A program made the translations under genes and the position numbers. The notes under the pieces were generated by a model. The model searched no databases and was not told the DNA's origin. It saw only the letters and a program-made list of their open reading frames with translations. A DNA stretch of 64,000 nucleotides from the human T2T-CHM13v2.0 reference genome, Homo sapiens: the NCBI RefSeq assembly GCF_009914755.1, contig NC_060935.1; one strand, 5' to 3'. How positions within the stretch are numbered: the stretch's first letter is position 1; every line of letters begins with the position of its first letter. Of the stretch, positions 57,562-64,000 are shown one piece after another.

Positions 57562-57743
57562 CAGGGACTTTCCAATTTTAGTGAGCCTCAAAATAACCTC
57601 ACCAGCTAATAAACACACATTCCTGGGCCCCATCCCAGACTGATTCTGTAAGTTCGGAGTACAGAACAGGGATCTACATTTGTAACATGCACACATGTGA
57701 TGTTACCATCACTTATTCACACAATTCACTTTGAGTAGCACTG
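57562..57743. mobile_element. MER5A-like hAT MITE
   Basis: ttcctgggccccatcccagac..gattct..cactttgagtagcactg. 8-bp TSD atttaaac. Confidence 0.75.
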
Positions 57744-57751
57744 ATTTAAAC

Positions 57752-57975
57752 CAGGAGTTAGCAAACTATGGCCCAGTGGCCAAATCTGGCCTGTCGCTTG
57801 CTTTTATAAATAAAGTTTTATTGGAATACATACAGGTTTATTCATTCACTTATTATCTATCTTTGCTTTTGCACTACAATGGCAGGGTTGAGTAGGTATG
57901 ACAGAGACCATATGGCCCACAGAACCTAAAATACTTGCCATCTGGCCCTTTGCCCAAAAAGTTTACCGTGCCCTG
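57752..57975. mobile_element. MER58A hAT MITE
   Basis: caggagttagcaaactatggcc..aataaagttttattggaa..tggccctt..aaagtttaccgtgccctg. Confidence 0.85.
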
Positions 57976-59490
57976 TCTAAACCACTACCTTATTCTACCT
58001 CAATTATACCTCATTATATTTTCCCTTTTCCAAACTTAAGCAGACTTTTTGGATATTCTGCTGACATATTCGCTCCATTGGTTAAGGTGCAAAACTAATA
58101 TGACAAATAGTTTTCATGGCACAGGCTATCTGCACTAAGCAACAACCAAATCACTATGTTGAAGAGGATGTGAGACTGCCCAAGCTCAGCAGGAAACAAC
58201 GTTGCAATTGATTAGAGATGTCTTCTACACACATTGAAAGGGTAACTTGCAGCATGCATGCTGTGTGTTTGCTAACCCTGATTATAAAATATATAAGGTT
58301 TAAGATTATTTTCAAAATCTGTTGGATAACTGCAACAAAATATGAATGTAATGCACCCATTTTTAACTGCACCATAAACAATATATCAGATTTTGCTCCA
58401 AAGGCTATGGAAGTTATTGCAATAATATGCAAATGTTTCACACTCATAAAAAAGTAGAAAAATAAAACCATTTTGTGATTTTTATCAGAGTATAATACAG
58501 ACCAATTCTGTCATGTTTGTACACAAGACTTCTGAGATTGATGTCTGCTCTTGAAAGAATATGAATAATGTTTCAAATGCTATAAACCAACATTTTATCA
58601 GTTGAAAATGTCCTTATTGTCAAAACATCTTTCAAAGATGCTAACTCTAAACTTTGAGGTAATTTTTGCACATTAACACCCTTTTCCCATGATGTTAGTT
58701 CCAAAATAGTGGCCCAGAGTATATCAACAGCAGAAATTACATTTCAAGATTTGCATATTTACATTATTACTTAAAAGAAAAAAAAGTCTGTTGTTCTAGG
58801 CAAAAGAAAAATGGCACAAGAAAATATGTGTACATGTTTGTTACCTTAGGCAGAAGAAAAACTGCAGGTGAAAATTTCCAGTGTGCGTAAGCAACAGTTA
58901 AATACCAAAACCCAGTAAAGCCAGAAGTGAGCAGCAGAGCTGCCACACAGATCACTGAAGGTGGCACCAGAGAACTAACCCCAGAGGAAGGTCCTAGAAG
59001 AAAGAGGTGAAGATCAGCCAGGCGTGCCCAGACATGGAGTTTTTCTCACCACTACAGTTCCGCACGAACAAAGCCTGGCACACAGAAAAAACACCATTAA
59101 TATTTAAGAAAGGAAAGAGAAAGCATGAAAAGTAAAAGGGAGGGAAGGCAGAAGTTCACAACAAAAAGCCAGTCTTCCAAAACATTCCTACAGAGCTGTG
59201 GCTCCAATTCTAAAATAAAGACCCCCAAGAATTTGATACGTAAAATAAAGTTTTATTTGTTACATGGTTTTGTTTGTGGTTTTATTTATTACATGGTTTC
59301 TCTGGTAACCCTGTATTAATAATACATAGCAAAAGGAAAGAAGGGCAGAATATCTGCTGTACAGTTGATAATATTTGTCCAGTCATGCTGGGTGAAATGT
59401 ATCAACAAAGCAAGGTAACTTCAAATTGTATCTAGCATGGAAGCATTCAGAACTACAGAGTCCATGTTTATGCCCTCAAACTGTATATGT

Positions 59491-59828
<338 letters not shown>

Positions 59829-60024
59829 TCATCAGAGTCCCAAAACAGTCCACAGCCTAACCCACTCTACTCCCCAAAAATAGGAAGAACCACACTGCAA
59901 TGTTTTACAAACTATAGGTCATTTTGGTGGGCACACATTTTTAAATTAAATAGAATAGAAAGTATAAGAGTATAACATTGATCATAAGGGTATTATTTCT
60001 TCAAACTTGTTCCAGCAAGTATAT

Positions 60025-60029
<5 letters not shown>

Positions 60030-60104
<75 letters not shown>
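60030..60104 (+). repeat. Compound (CT)15(GT)22 microsatellite
   Basis: Seen directly. Confidence 0.97.
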
Positions 60105-60105
<1 letters not shown>

Positions 60106-60837
60106 AAGGTAAATTTTTTCATACTGAGGTGGTCTGGGTCAATTTGGAACTCATTGTTCTAAGGCATAAAAAAATGGCTAGATTCAACTTTGTAACATAT
60201 TAAATCATCATCCATTGAAAACAAATCTGTGGTTCCAGTGGGCATTATACTGTTTTGAGTGGCATAAGACACACCAAAATGAAATTGTTATAATTAGAGA
60301 ACTGCAATCTATAACACTCATAAATGAAAGTGTATCCCTATAAAGTCCTATAGATCTTAAGGAGATCAAAGGCTGCCATTGAAAGGACTTCACACTGTCT
60401 CTGGGAAAATGTTAAATTCTAAGTAAAATGTTTAGGAATAAAAAGAGTTAAAATATTCCCCTGGGATGATAACGTCCTCTAAGCACCTTAGAAAGACGTC
60501 AGAGAAGGGGAGAGAGAGTATGGAAAGTCATCCCTAAGCCTGGTACAGAGATGAGTCTTAGGAAAAAATATTTCCTTTATACAAAATAGACGAGAGAACA
60601 TGGATATTCTGCCATGACTGCTTGGGTATGAACGTGTCACCACAGTGTCTGGTACTGTCTTCCGATTTTTTCTAAGCCTCAGTATGAGAAGCATTAATGG
60701 TCCATATACTGAGTTATTGGGCTTATTTCTAAAATGTTACTAATGCACTTTACAGGTTTAAGTTCTCCCAATCAATGCAAAAATTTCAAAAGTATCACTG
60801 GGTTCTACACAGCCAGACCATTACCTCTCCCCATACT

Positions 60838-61836
60838 ATTCATTCAACAGGGGACTAATATCCAGAATATACAAGGAACTCAAACAACTCAACAGGAAAA
60901 AAGACAGTCCCACTAAAAGGTGGGCAAAGGACATAAATAAACATTTCTCAAAAGAAGAGCTACAAATGGCCAACACATGTGAAAAAAATGCTCAATATCA
61001 CTAATCATCACAGAAATGCAAATCAAAACCACAATGAGATATCATCTTACCCCAATCAGAATGGCTATTATTAAAATAAAAAATAATAGATGTTGGCAAG
61101 GATGTAGAGAAAAGGGAACTCTTATAAACTGTTGGTGGGAATGTAAACTAGTACAGCCACTATGGAAAGCAGTATGAAGATTTCTCAAAAACTAAAACTA
61201 AAAAAGAATTACTATCAATGCAGTAATCCCACGACTCAGTATCTACCCAAAGGAAAAGAAACCAATATATCAAAGGGATACTTGCACTCACATGTTTATT
61301 GCAGCATTATTCACAATAGTAATGATATGGAATCAACCTAAGTGTCCCTCAACAGATGAATAGATAAAGAAAATGTGGTATATATATACTGGAATACTGG
61401 AATGGAATACTCTTTGGCCATAAAAAAGAATAAAGTCATACCATTTTGCAGCAATATGGACATAACTGGAAGTCATTATCTTAAGTGAAATAAGCCAGGC
61501 ACAAAAAGGCAAATAACGCATGTTCTCACTTACATGTGGGGGCTAAAAATTTGATCACATGGAGGTACAGAGTGAAAGGTAGAGAAGAGAGACTGGAAAG
61601 GGTGAACGTGGGGAGGAGGGAGGATGAAGAGAACTGAATTAAAGGGTACAAACATACAGTTAGATAGAAGAAATAAATTCAATGTTTGATAGCAGAGTAG
61701 GGTAATTATAGTTAACAAAAATGTATTGTACTCAGGTGATGGACACCTTCAATATCCTGACTTGATTACTGCACACATTATCTACATGCAACAGAATTTC
61801 ACAGGTATCTCATAAATTTGTACAAATTTTTTAAAA
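60838..61836 (+). mobile_element. 5'-truncated L1MA (MA3-like)
   Basis: ORF2 end plus 3'UTR gggtacaaacatacagttagatagaag..tgtattgtactcaggtgatggacacc. Confidence 0.8.
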
Positions 61837-62244
61837 GAACATGAATTTCCAAAGTGAAAGAGCCCAGAGACTTCAGAGCAAAATTAATTTTTTTAAAAGA
61901 TCCACCTCAATAATCACCGTAAAATTTCAGAACACCAAGAATAAAGAGAAGATTGGTCAAGGAACTTCACAATGGAAGGAACAGGCTGATACCACCTGAA
62001 CAGATTAATCACTATTAGCCTCACTTAAAAGTAGGACAACCAGAAACCATTATGTGCTCATGATGTAATACAATAGGAAATACAAAGCACCAGCTATGAA
62101 GTTTTATTGTTTAACAACTGAAGTAGAATTTAGTCAAGTCTGAACCTAAATGCTAGTAAGTTTTTTATTCAATTGTTGTATTTTTCACTACTAAAATTTC
62201 ATTTGGTTCTTCTTCATATCTTCTATTTCTATGCTGAAATGTCC

Positions 62245-62894
<650 letters not shown>

Positions 62895-63129
62895 CCCGCC
62901 TTTTTTAAATTTTGTTTCAAGTGTGTTCATAATTACTCACTGAAGCATTTTTTACCATGGCTGCTTTAAAGTTCTTGTCATATAATTCCAACACTTGTGT
63001 CATCTCAATATTGGTGTCTGTTACTGACTTTTCTCAATCAAGTTGAGATTTCCCTGGTTTTTGGTATGATAAGTGATTTTCTGTAGTACACATTATTGTT
63101 TAGAATAACATGAGATTAAAATGGACATG

Positions 63130-63701
<572 letters not shown>

Positions 63702-63709
63702 GAGTAACA

Positions 63710-63955
63710 ATAACAAAAGCTAATACTTAAATAGCATGATGTGTCAGGCACTATAATGAGTATCTTATACATATTAACTCATTTAATACTTACAACAACT
63801 CTATGAAGTAGGCACTACAATTATCTGAATTTTACAAATGAGGAAACTGAGGTTAAGTAATTTGCCTGCAGTCACACAACTAGTAAATGGTAAAGCTAGA
63901 ATATGAATCCAAACCGTCTGCCTCCAAAGTCCATGCTGTTGAAATCAGTATGCCA
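63710..63955 (-). mobile_element. MIR
   Basis: ttttacaaatgaggaaactgaggttaagtaatttgcc..gtcacacaactagtaaatgg. Confidence 0.8.
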
Positions 63956-64000
63956 TCATGCCCCCAGTAATGTATTACTGTAGCTTTATTTGTGTAAACA

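Overview
Primate (most likely human) genomic DNA from the 5' half of STK33 (serine/threonine kinase 33), transcribed on the minus strand. The window holds the first coding exon (166-551, ATG at 390, MADSGLDKKSTKC...SRKDL), an upstream 5'-UTR exon (5897-6101) and about 58 kb of a long upstream intron that is mostly interspersed repeats. These include two near full-length but dead L1PA5-7 elements, a truncated L1PA7, older L1PA/L1PB/L1M copies, one SVA, about 20 Alus, MaLR/ERV LTRs, hAT/Tigger MITEs, L2 and MIR. No prokaryotic-type system, CRISPR array or RNA gene is present, and almost all ORF-track entries come from repeats. Four observations stand out. (1) Three neighbouring same-strand L1s of different subfamilies share many non-consensus changes, including the same ORF1 stop codons, the same frameshift and a 143-bp identical tract, which suggests local gene conversion in cis. 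(2) A 136-bp patchwork insertion inside one L1 contains an exact 24-bp copy of that L1's own 3' target-site flank 1.5 kb away. (3) An apparent 3' transduction of about 0.6 kb follows the other L1. (4) Several small template-switch scars occur in Alus and L1s. Repeat subfamily names and consensus states come from memory and should be confirmed with RepeatMasker/Dfam.
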